Source: an uncultured Spirochaetota bacterium (GTDB lineage: Bacteria; Spirochaetota; Brevinematia; Brevinematales; JAOACQ01). Taken from it: a DNA stretch of 64,000 bases. A program made the position numbers and the translations under genes. A model generated the notes under the pieces. The model did not search any database and was not told the DNA's origin. It was given only the letters and a program-made list of their open reading frames with translations. The stretch is from positions 869,672-933,671 of the forward strand of contig CAWIGG010000004.1 of assembly GCA_963835575.1 (NCBI GenBank), written 5' to 3'. This document shows positions 38,949 through 47,397 of this stretch, piece by piece (the stretch's first letter is position 1; every line of letters begins with the position of its first letter).

Positions 38949-39010
38949 TTTGCCTATCGCTGGGGGACAATCTGCAGTGTGGCACAGCGCCAGCAGTGCC
39001 TCCTTTTCCC

Positions 39011-39118
39011 TTCTTTTCGAAAAGAAAGAAATATCGTAATTCCCCCGGCAGCCTGTCGGAATAATAATCCCCAATAGCTTAATAAAAAGAAAAGACGTTG
39101 ACCCTTCAGCCAGAAGGC
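39011..39118. repeat. Spacer module Y, copy 1
   Basis: TTCTTTTCGAAAAGAAAGAAATATCGTAATTCCCCCGGCAG...AAAAAGAAAAGACGTTGA recurs at 40138-40243, with a degenerate copy at 44542-44619. Confidence 0.8.
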
Positions 39119-39208
39119 GATGCCCTTTTGACCTTGCAAAAGAAAGTGAACAAAATCCCCCGGCAATCGTTGCCGGTCTGCGCAGCCGCATTGCACCTTT
39201 TTATTATC

Positions 39209-39424
39209 TTAAATATTATCTTTAAACTCGGATAGAGTGATATTGGCCTGTCTGAGAATACTGCGGAAAGTACCTTCAGGAATTTCTTTCTTATCCATCG
39301 GTAATATGACAATGTTCCCTTTTCCATTCTTATATTTTGCGTGGGAACCTTTTTGAGAAATAAAAGAAAATCCCAATCTTTCCAGGACTGATGAGATTAC
39401 TCTTGATGAGTAAAGCTTAGACAT
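39209..39424 (-). CDS. hicA: HicA-family toxin
   Basis: 71 aa; LERLGF..QKGSH..Y, EIPEGTFRSILRQA. Confidence 0.88.
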   Translation of the reverse strand: MSKLYSSRVISSVLERLGFSFISQKGSHAKYKNGKGNIVILPMDKKEIPEGTFRSILRQANITLSEFKDNI

Positions 39425-39623
39425 GGACCTTTTCCCTTCCGATGAAAACCTGGTCTACTTCAGGGAATTCCTTATCCTCATTTTCAAAATAAAGTTCAAC
39501 AGCCTCTTTAAGATTAGTAACAGCCTCGTCTGAATTATTTCCAAAAGAGGAAACATCCACATTCAAACACTGTGAAACATAATATTGGCCTTCATGCCAG
39601 ACAACATATTCGATTTCTTTCAT
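39417..39623 (-). CDS. hicB: Short HicB-family antitoxin without a DNA-binding domain
   Basis: YVSQCLNVDVSSFGNNSDEAVTNLKEAVELYFE; overlaps the hicA start. Confidence 0.85.
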   Translation of the reverse strand: MKEIEYVVWHEGQYYVSQCLNVDVSSFGNNSDEAVTNLKEAVELYFENEDKEFPEVDQVFIGREKVHV

Positions 39624-39817
39624 AATAGAGCCTCTCTTTAAAAAAAGAATAAAGGTAATTAAGCGTAAAATCAAGTTTTAAAGTATTCGTTTATTTTTGT
39701 ATAACAGACAGGAATGTCTGTTATACCGGATTAACCGGCGCCAATTCCCATCTTTAAAAAGAATGTTTTATCATAAATAAAATGAATAAGAATTAAAAAA
39801 AGCTGTTCGGCAAATTG

Positions 39818-39957
39818 TCCGTTCCCGAGGCCATTTTCCTCTTGGCCATAATCTGAACATCAAATATCTCGATATAAAGTTGTGGCATCCGCTATTATAA
39901 TAGAAGAGAGGAAGCACATGCTTGCGGCAGGGACGCCGCAACCGCCGCATAAAGCCA
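39818..39957. repeat. Spacer module X, copy 2
   Basis: Direct repeat of 38408-38571. Confidence 0.8.
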
Positions 39958-40127
39958 CGCCCAGCACCACTTTGATTGCCTGTCCTCAAAGTGGTGCTGG
40001 GCAAGGATAGCGATTTAAGGCGGCTATTATAGCAATGAACTGCTTATTAAAAAGCCGGATAACACACCTCCATACGGTCCGATAGCTTCGTATGAAAATG
40101 GCCTCGACCTGTTTTCTTTCTTTAGCG

Positions 40128-40243
40128 CGATATTTCTTTCTTTTCGAAAAGAAAGAAATATCGTAATTCCCCCGGCAGTCTGTCGGACTAATAATCTCCA
40201 ATAGTTTAGTAAAAAGAAAAGACGTTGATCCTTAACCAGAGGC
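40128..40243. repeat. Spacer module Y, copy 2, beginning with a 36-bp perfect palindrome
   Basis: CGATATTTCTTTCTTTTC|GAAAAGAAAGAAATATCG (40128-40163), then a direct repeat of module Y. Confidence 0.85.
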
Positions 40244-40283
40244 TATACATCTATTGGCCTAGTAAAAGTTAGTAAAAATGGCA

Positions 40284-41402
40284 TTACGCTAGTAAAAGCT
40301 TGATAGGCAGCGCCCCGTTCAACAACGCGATTTCTTTGTTTGCTTTAAGCGAAAGCAAATGGACCGGCGCATCCGCCGGAACGAGCAGCGCGATGCGCCA
40401 CGCCGAGAACCGCTCATGGATGACCCTGCCTATGTCTTTGAACAATGCGCTGATTCCGCTGCCCCCGATGCGTTCGCCGTAGGGCAGATTGGCGATCAGG
40501 AGACCGCCCGGCGCGGGAGGCGTCCACTCCTGGAAAGGCTTTACTGAAAATGCGATATACTTTTCAACACGGGCGCGCAGCGCGGAGGCGCGAGCCACGT
40601 CGACATACTTGGCGTTGATGTCCGAAGCATAGATCGGCGCCGGCAGTTCGGACTTTTTAGCCGCGCGCAATTGATCGGAAACGCGGCGCCACAAAGGGCG
40701 GTCGAAACCGGCCAGGTGCTCCAGGGCAAAATCGTCTTTGCCCCGGTGAATGAGCGGCGCTTTATTCAGAGCGATATATGCCGCTTCGATGATAATGGTG
40801 CCGGAGCCGCACATCGGATCAAGGAGCGGTTCATTGCCGGTGTAGCCTGCCAGAAGCAGGATCGAAGCGGCCAGTGTCTCTTTCAAAACGGCCGGATGCC
40901 CGCCTGTACGCCAGCCGCGTTTATGAAGGGCGCGGCCCGCCGTGTCGATGCCGAGCGTGCAGGAACCGTTCCGGACGAATACAACGATGGTAATGGGCTC
41001 GTCGGCGTCGGGATCGAACCGGGGAGCGGACTTTTCAAACGCGCTATTTTGTATCGATTGAACGATGGATGTAATAACCGCTTCCTCGCCCAACGCAATA
41101 GCTTGTTGATCGGTGAGGGCCGGCGCGACCGTGAAAGGCTTATGCGAGCGCAGCCATTCCGGCCAGACGATCTTCTGCAGTTCCATCCTCAGATGTGTTA
41201 TGTCAGGAGTGGCGAATTCCGCGACCACGCGCTGAATTCTGCTTGCTGTACGCAGTAACAAATGGGCGCGGTACGCGGTCTCCAGATCAGTGTCGAACGC
41301 TACGCCGCGGTGCAGTATATTCAGGTCTTTTATTCCAAGCCCGGCAAGTTCGGAAGCGAGCACATCGACAGTCTCGTGCGGGCATGTGGCAATCCATCTC
41401 AT
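40284..41402 (-). CDS. THUMP-domain class I SAM RNA methyltransferase (RlmL-like), copy 1
   Basis: LRTASRI, DTAGRALHKRGWR, LKETLAA, LLDPMCGSGTIIIEAA, NLPYGERI. Confidence 0.88.
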   Translation of the reverse strand: MRWIATCPHETVDVLASELAGLGIKDLNILHRGVAFDTDLETAYRAHLLLRTASRIQRVVAEFATPDITHLRMELQKIVWPEWLRSHKPFTVAPALTDQQAIALGEEAVITSIVQSIQNSAFEKSAPRFDPDADEPITIVVFVRNGSCTLGIDTAGRALHKRGWRTGGHPAVLKETLAASILLLAGYTGNEPLLDPMCGSGTIIIEAAYIALNKAPLIHRGKDDFALEHLAGFDRPLWRRVSDQLRAAKKSELPAPIYASDINAKYVDVARASALRARVEKYIAFSVKPFQEWTPPAPGGLLIANLPYGERIGGSGISALFKDIGRVIHERFSAWRIALLVPADAPVHLLSLKANKEIALLNGALPIKLLLA

Positions 41403-41535
41403 AAAGTTTGAGACCTCAACCGATTAGATTTTGACAGGTCCGGCGATAGAGCGAAATTATGTTTAACGTCCTCGATAAGCGAAGCTGCCGAAGTTTTTAC
41501 TAAAGCCGAGGTAAGTGAACAACTTTGTGACTCTA

Positions 41536-41811
41536 TTACACTATCTCAATTTTTACTTTTTTTCCTAATGCCTTTGCGATACGTTCCAGGGATGATAATT
41601 TTAAATCTTCGGCATGGTTTTCCATTCTTGATATGGCGCTTTTTGTCGTGTGAATCCTGCCAGCTAAATCTTCCTGGGTTAATCCGTTTTTGATCCTCAT
41701 TTCTTTCAACATCAATCCGATTTTAAAATCATTGTAATTTTCATCATAGTTTTCAGCGAAAGAAGGATCGGATTTTTTCCTTTTATCGACGTATTTTTTT
41801 AAATCACTCAT
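41536..41811 (-). CDS. XRE-family HTH antitoxin (HigA-like)
   Basis: RIKNGLTQEDLAGRIHTTKSAISRMEN; overlaps the toxin stop. Confidence 0.85.
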   Translation of the reverse strand: MSDLKKYVDKRKKSDPSFAENYDENYNDFKIGLMLKEMRIKNGLTQEDLAGRIHTTKSAISRMENHAEDLKLSSLERIAKALGKKVKIEIV

Positions 41812-42158
41812 ATATTCCTCCGTAAATAATCGGCTTTGTATTTTTCAGCCAGTTTGATTTCATTTTCAGGTGTTTTTTGGGTCTTTTTGGTAAAACCATT
41901 AGTTAATATAAACAGTGCGTTTTTATGAAAGAATCCTAATAATCTGTAAGTATCACTTCCCTGTTGAATCCTGACTTCGTAGATATTGTCAGTATTCACT
42001 AATTTTTTAAAATAGTTTTGCGGAATTTGATCAAAGTCTTCAATAATCTGCAATACCCATGTAATTTTCCGGGCTGTTTTTCCCGGTAAAGAATCAAGAT
42101 ATTCTTCAACCGGACATTTTCCATCCTCGGTTTTATAAAAGTTAATGACTCTTTTCAT
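41808..42158 (-). CDS. RelE/ParE (HigB, Gp49-like) toxin
   Basis: FYKTEDGKCPVEEYL, IYEVRI, YRLLGF, LTNGFTKKTQKTPENEI. Confidence 0.85.
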   Translation of the reverse strand: MKRVINFYKTEDGKCPVEEYLDSLPGKTARKITWVLQIIEDFDQIPQNYFKKLVNTDNIYEVRIQQGSDTYRLLGFFHKNALFILTNGFTKKTQKTPENEIKLAEKYKADYLRRNI

Positions 42159-42162
42159 ATTA

Positions 42163-42192
42163 TATGTTAGCATACATGTGAACATTAGTCAA
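42163..42192 (-). promoter_or_regulatory. Toxin-antitoxin promoter with overlapping palindromic operator
   Basis: Minus strand TTGACT-N17-TAACAT, 5 nt before the ATG; imperfect palindrome ATGTT-ca-CATGTATG-ct-AACAT. Confidence 0.6.
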
Positions 42193-42283
42193 TAGCATTT
42201 ATAGCAATCTTGTATCAGGTTATCGTTTAACTAGCGACATTAATGAGTTATTGTTTTATGGGTTTTAAGATTGACCAAAAGAT

Positions 42284-42440
42284 AATCCTGTAAATCCTGT
42301 GTTATCCTATAAATCCTGCCGAATTGGGGTCAGTATAATTAAGATATTCTAATTTTCAATTTCCGGCAGGATATGAAGAAATCATCTGATCTGTGCGAAT
42401 CCGCATAATCTGTGTCATCCGCGTGCAGAATCGGATATTA
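42284..42440 (-). repeat. Reverse-oriented modules A' and C'
   Basis: The reverse complement of 42313-42331 is GACCCCAATTCGGCAGGAT, identical to 13798-13816. The reverse complement of 42388-42440 is TAATATCCGATTCTG CACGCGGAT GACACAGAT TATGCGGAT TCGCACAGAT. Confidence 0.8.
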
Positions 42441-42467
42441 TATAAAAGAGGTGTTAATAATAATCTA

Positions 42468-43586
42468 TTATGAAACCAGCAGCTTTACCGGTAATGCCCC
42501 GTTCAACAACGCGATTTCTTTGTTTGCTTTAAGCGAAAGCAAATGGACCGGCGCATCCGCCGGAACGAGCAGCGCGATGCGCCACGCCGAGAACCGCTCA
42601 TGGATGACCCTGCCTATGTCTTTGAACAATGCGCTGATTCCGCCGCCCCCGATGCGTTCGCCGTAGGGCAGATTGGCGATCAAGAGACCGCCCGGCGCGG
42701 GAGGCGACCACTCCTGGAAAGGCTTTACTGAAAATGAAATATACTTTTCAACACGGGCGCGCAGTGCGGAGGCGCGAGCCACGTCGACATATTTGGCGTT
42801 GATGTCCGAGGCATAGATCGGCGCCGGCAGGGCGGACCTTTTAGCCGCGCGTAATTGATCGGAAACGCGGCGCCACAAAGGGCGGTCGAAACCGGCCAGG
42901 TGTTCCAGGGCAAAATCGTCTTTGCCGCGGTGAATGAGCGGCGCTTTATTGAGCGCGATATACGCCGCTTCGATGATAATGGTGCCGGAGCCGCACATCG
43001 GATCAAGGAGCGGTTCATTGCCGGTGTAGCCTGCCAGAAGCAGGATCGAAGCGGCCAGTGTCTCTTTCAAAACGGCCGGATGCCCGCCTGTACGCCAGCC
43101 GCGTTTATGAAGGGCGCGGCCCGCCGTGTCGATGCCGAGCGTGCAGGAACCGTTCCGGACGAATACAACGATGGTAATGGGCTCGTCGGCGTCGGGATCG
43201 AACCGGGGAGCAGACTTTTCAAACGCGCTACTCAATATCGATTGAACGACGGATGTAATGACCGCTTCCTCGCCCAACGCAAGAGCCAGTTGATCGGTGA
43301 GGGCCGGCGCGACGGTGAAAGGCTTGTGCGGCCTCAGCCACTCCGGCCAGACGATCTTCTGCAGTTCCATCCTCAGATGTGTTATGTCAGGAGTGGCGAA
43401 TTCCGCGACTACACGCTGAATTCTGCTTGCTGTACGCAGTAACAAATGGGCGCGGTACGCGGTTTCCAGATCAGTGTCGAACGCTACGCCGCGGTGCAGT
43501 ATATTCAGGTCTTTTATTCCAAGCCCGGCAAGTTCGGAAGCGAGCACATCGACAGTTTCGTGCGGGCATGTGGCAATCCATTTCAT
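42468..43586 (-). CDS. THUMP-domain class I SAM RNA methyltransferase (RlmL-like), copy 2
   Basis: Same motifs as copy 1; about 15 of 372 residues differ by manual comparison. Confidence 0.88.
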   Translation of the reverse strand: MKWIATCPHETVDVLASELAGLGIKDLNILHRGVAFDTDLETAYRAHLLLRTASRIQRVVAEFATPDITHLRMELQKIVWPEWLRPHKPFTVAPALTDQLALALGEEAVITSVVQSILSSAFEKSAPRFDPDADEPITIVVFVRNGSCTLGIDTAGRALHKRGWRTGGHPAVLKETLAASILLLAGYTGNEPLLDPMCGSGTIIIEAAYIALNKAPLIHRGKDDFALEHLAGFDRPLWRRVSDQLRAAKRSALPAPIYASDINAKYVDVARASALRARVEKYISFSVKPFQEWSPPAPGGLLIANLPYGERIGGGGISALFKDIGRVIHERFSAWRIALLVPADAPVHLLSLKANKEIALLNGALPVKLLVS

Positions 43587-43682
43587 AAAGTCCGGTACCT
43601 CAACCAATAAAATTTTGAGGTCCGGCCTAACGAAGCAGGTCGGACCCGAAGAAAAGAGCCGCCGTTAGCGGCAGTACTGTCT

Positions 43683-44318
43683 CTATTTTAAAGAATTATA
43701 TATGTCATCCAGTTCTTTAAAATTATACTTGTCAATGAATAATGATTTGTATTCGTTATAGTATTTATTCGCTTCTGCTATATTTCCAATTTTCTTTAAT
43801 AAAAAAGAATATGCAAGTTTATGTTGAATGTAATTATGAAAACCAAATCGAATGAATTTTCTATTGATTTTTTCTAAAAATAAAATATCTAAATCTTTTA
43901 AATGATGTATTCTTGAATAAAATGATTCACTTTCATTTATTATAATAGAAATAATATCTTTTGTTCTTTTAATTAAATCTTTTTCACTTTTATATTCAAA
44001 TAATGAAATTGTGCACTCTTTCGGTTCTTTATAATCTAATTGATCAATGTAAAAATCGTTTATATCTGCAGACTTTATTGTTTTATGCCATTTAAGCTTA
44101 CCGTTGAAACTGGGGCAAAAATTTAATGAAACTCCCCAAAGAAAAGCTTTTGACATACTTTTTAGAGAGTATGCCGTAATACCTTTCATAAATTCATTAT
44201 TATCTTCTTTAATCCACTTATAATCTTTGGTATGAATATATCCAAGTTTTAATAAATCTTGTGTTATGGTGTTATTTATAATTTCATTAAAAACATCTGT
44301 TTTATCATGATAACCCAT
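43683..44318 (-). CDS. Hypothetical AT-rich protein (possibly DUF4304-like)
   Basis: 211-aa ORF with a GGGGAG RBS and its own promoter; the family call rests only on LLKLGY..WIKE-type similarity. Confidence 0.6.
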   Translation of the reverse strand: MGYHDKTDVFNEIINNTITQDLLKLGYIHTKDYKWIKEDNNEFMKGITAYSLKSMSKAFLWGVSLNFCPSFNGKLKWHKTIKSADINDFYIDQLDYKEPKECTISLFEYKSEKDLIKRTKDIISIIINESESFYSRIHHLKDLDILFLEKINRKFIRFGFHNYIQHKLAYSFLLKKIGNIAEANKYYNEYKSLFIDKYNFKELDDIYNSLK

Positions 44319-44396
44319 AAATTTCTCCCCGGAATTGCAAGCCGGCTTATTATAAACGAATTTTATTTTATAATATTTTTGGAATTCATTCCATTC

Positions 44397-44425
44397 ATCT
44401 TAATAAAGCAATATTTTACTGTCAA
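44397..44425 (-). promoter_or_regulatory. Shared accessory-gene promoter, copy 2
   Basis: Minus strand TTGACA-gtaaaatattgctttat-TAAGAT-gaatggaat. Confidence 0.7.
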
Positions 44426-44615
44426 CACAAGGATTTCTTCTTTCTTTTAATTAAAAAGAATAAAATAATTATTTGTATTCGTTTAAAGTCTTCAAAATGA
44501 CCGTATGCCTATTCAGAGTCCAAATTTATTTTATGTGTTGTGTGCCGTTTTTCCCTATCTTTTCTAAAAAGAAAGAAAGGGCTCTTCCCCGGATAATCTG
44601 CCGGGCAAAAAATCC

Positions 44616-45080
44616 TCAAAAATTATATGCCAGATGGAATTCCAAACCATCTTTTTGCGGTATTAAAAAAAGTCTCATGTTTTGTTTTTTTTGATTATTA
44701 TTATACTCTAAAACCGCCGCTCCGCCCCATATCATGCTTGCTATGCTGAAACCTAATGAACCGAAAACGCCGATATAGCCGAATGGCGATATTTTCGGGT
44801 CAGGGGATGTGGAAGATAAATCCCTGATAATTTCAATCCAGGTGCAGACAGTGCAGATAGAGCCTCCGGTATTTAATATCCAGAAACCGGCATAATCTTC
44901 GGCGTATATATTTCCCCATCCGAATGTTCCCGGAATCAGAATACCTAGAGTGCTGACATAACCCAGAACAACTCCTTCTATCACGCTTTTTTGTCTGACT
45001 GGCGCCTGATCATTGGTCCCGCAAAAAACTAAAGAACTGTAAAAAACTAAAACAGTAAGTATTACAATGCTTCTTTTCAT
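44616..45080 (-). CDS. Hypothetical exported or membrane protein
   Basis: Signal-like N-terminus, Gly-rich hydrophobic segments, C-terminal LEFHLAYNF. Confidence 0.65.
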   Translation of the reverse strand: MKRSIVILTVLVFYSSLVFCGTNDQAPVRQKSVIEGVVLGYVSTLGILIPGTFGWGNIYAEDYAGFWILNTGGSICTVCTWIEIIRDLSSTSPDPKISPFGYIGVFGSLGFSIASMIWGGAAVLEYNNNQKKQNMRLFLIPQKDGLEFHLAYNF

Positions 45081-45172
45081 ATAATCCCCTGTGCAATCAT
45101 TTATAATATTCTCTAATATTCGTCTTTTTTAAAATAATTGAATGATTATTTTTAATAAAATTTATTCCATTC

Positions 45173-45201
45173 ATCTTAATAAAATCATATTTTACTGTCA
45201 A
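45173..45201 (-). promoter_or_regulatory. Shared accessory-gene promoter, copy 3
   Basis: Minus strand TTGACA-gtaaaatatgattttat-TAAGAT-gaatggaat. Confidence 0.7.
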
Positions 45202-45295
45202 GACAGGTTTTTTTTACATTTTGGACGGGCACAAGAAAGTGGACATAATCCCCGGCAATTGTTGCCTCCGGACAAAAGAAAGTGAACAAGTATCC

Positions 45296-47116
45296 TTATT
45301 TATCCCTTGTTTTATTCATAACCGCTCTTTTCTCCTGATTCAGTTCTATCTTTCTCATCCGGAATGTCTTTGGGGTCACTTCCACCAGTTCGTCTTCCGC
45401 TATGAATTCGATGGCCTGGTCGAGAGATAAAATCCTGGGCACTTTCAATACGATTGTCATATCGGATGTGGAGCTGCGCATGTTGGTCAGTTTTTTTTCC
45501 TTGGTGATATTGATGTCGAGGTCGCGGTCCTTGTTGCTCTCGCCGACGATCATCCCCTCGTAAACCTCTGTTCCGACATTAAGGAACAGTTCGCCGCGGT
45601 CCTCCATGGCAAGGTGCGCGTAGGAATGCGAAAACCCGGACCTGTCGGCGACAAGGACCCCGCTCGTCCTGTGCCTGAAATTTCCCGCCCATTCCTTATA
45701 ACCTTCGAAAAGCGTGTTCATGACGCCGAGGCCGCGGGTGTCCGTCAGGAACTGGCTCCTGAACCCGATGATCCCCCTTGTCGAACAGACAAATTCCAGA
45801 TTGACCCTTCCCGCCCCGGTGTGTTTTATGGTTTCCATCCGGCCTTTTTTTTGTGCCATTTTCTCGGTAATGACGCCGACATATTCCTCGGGAATATCGA
45901 AGAATATTCTTTCATATGGTTCATGGATTTTCCCATCGATTTTCTTTGTGATGATGGTCGGCTTGGATACCATCAGCTCATAGCCTTCCCTCCTCATCGT
46001 CTCGATAAGTATCCCGAGCTGGAGCTCTCCCCTGCCGGAAACCTTGAAGGCGTCCGCCCTGTCGGTATCCTCGACCCGGATGGAGACATTCTTGAGCGAC
46101 TCTTTCTGAAGCCTTGCCTTGATATGCCTTGTTGTCAGGTATTCCCCGTCCCTTCCGGCGAAAGGGCTCGAATTGACATAAAAAACCATGGACACCGTCG
46201 GCTCGTCCACCCGGATGCCCGGGAGAGGTTTCGGGTTTTCAATTGAGGTGATGGTGTCGCCGATATTGATATTTTCAACGCCGGAAACGGCTATGATATC
46301 GCCCGCCTCGACCTCATTCACCTGCTTTTTAGAGAGGCCATGGAAAGTAAAAAGATTTGAGAATTTTATATTGTTCGTGATAACATTATCGCTTACCAGG
46401 GCGTACGGCTTTGAGAGTTCGAGCTTTCCATTGAACATCCTTCCAAGCGCCACCTGCCCGATATAAGAATCGTAATCGAGGTTTGTGACCAGGAATTGCG
46501 GTTCGAGGCTGTCGTCGCCTTCGGGGGCCGGGATATAATTAATAATTTCTTCGAATAGGAATTTAAGGTCTGTCGAACCGTCCCACGGTTTTTTATAAGC
46601 GACGCCTTCCCTGGCCACCGTATAAAGGATCGGGAAGTTAATCTGCCGGTCATCGGCGCCCAGTTCGATAAAGAGGTCGTAAACCTCGTTGATGACCTCG
46701 TCGATCCTGGCGTCCTTCCTGTCGATCTTGTTAATGACAAGTATGACTACTATTTTCTTCGCTAGGGCTTTTCTCAGCACAAATCGGGTCTGCGGAAGCG
46801 GGCCCTCGCTCGCGTCGACAAGGAGAAGCGCCCCGTCGACCATATTGAGGCCTCTTTCCACCTCGCCCCCGAAGTCGGCATGGCCGGGCGTATCGATGAT
46901 GTTGATCTTGATATTCTTATAATAAACGGCCGTATTTTTCGCGGCGATGGTGATGCCTCTTTCCCTTTCCAGGTCCATGGTGTCCATAACGCGTTCCACG
47001 ACTTCCTGGCCTTCCCTGAAAACGCCGCTCTGCCGGAGCATGGCGTCCACCAGGGTGGTTTTGCCATGGTCCACGTGGGCGATGATGGCGATATTGCGGA
47101 ATTTTTCTTTTCTCAC
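45296..47116 (-). CDS. typA: Translational GTPase TypA/BipA
   Basis: [65 protein letters not shown]. Confidence 0.97.
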   Translation of the reverse strand: MRKEKFRNIAIIAHVDHGKTTLVDAMLRQSGVFREGQEVVERVMDTMDLERERGITIAAKNTAVYYKNIKINIIDTPGHADFGGEVERGLNMVDGALLLVDASEGPLPQTRFVLRKALAKKIVVILVINKIDRKDARIDEVINEVYDLFIELGADDRQINFPILYTVAREGVAYKKPWDGSTDLKFLFEEIINYIPAPEGDDSLEPQFLVTNLDYDSYIGQVALGRMFNGKLELSKPYALVSDNVITNNIKFSNLFTFHGLSKKQVNEVEAGDIIAVSGVENINIGDTITSIENPKPLPGIRVDEPTVSMVFYVNSSPFAGRDGEYLTTRHIKARLQKESLKNVSIRVEDTDRADAFKVSGRGELQLGILIETMRREGYELMVSKPTIITKKIDGKIHEPYERIFFDIPEEYVGVITEKMAQKKGRMETIKHTGAGRVNLEFVCSTRGIIGFRSQFLTDTRGLGVMNTLFEGYKEWAGNFRHRTSGVLVADRSGFSHSYAHLAMEDRGELFLNVGTEVYEGMIVGESNKDRDLDINITKEKKLTNMRSSTSDMTIVLKVPRILSLDQAIEFIAEDELVEVTPKTFRMRKIELNQEKRAVMNKTRDK

Positions 47117-47397
47117 AGGATTGACTCCTTGTTATTTTTACACAGGCAATTTGGAAATGATTTAATAAAAGCCTTTTCTAATAAGAAATTCTGTTGATTT
47201 AAGGTAAAAAGCAGACAGGAAAATTGAACAGAAAGGATTATTTAAAAAACCATACCCCAATAGTTTAGCTTAAAACCCCGGATTATGCAAAAAAGCGGAT
47301 GAGGCTATTTTTCTACCACTTCTCGTTCTTATAAATCAGCAACGTCGCGTTAAGAATGAAATTGCCTAGCTGCTTTTGTTATGTTTTTGACAACTTA

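Noticed and set aside
38263-40201. Short ORFs 38263-38457, 38940-39196, 39771-40004 and 39986-40201, some similar to each other
   Set aside because: They are translations of the non-coding X and Y repeats in inconsistent frames, with no convincing RBS or protein-like conservation.
22019-40300. Kinase and methylase copy 1 both end in LLLA* (TAGCGTAA)
   Set aside because: Only 8 shared bases and no similarity downstream; consistent with chance.
40359-43588. Duplicated plus-strand ORFs (62, 195 and 69 aa)
   Set aside because: Antisense shadows of the two GC-rich methylase genes.
43642-43671. Complete attC site after the 211-aa gene
   Set aside because: The AAC to GTT span gives only ~46 bp with no L boxes. 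GCCGC-taacg-GCGGC followed by TCTTTTCTT is equally explained as an intrinsic terminator.
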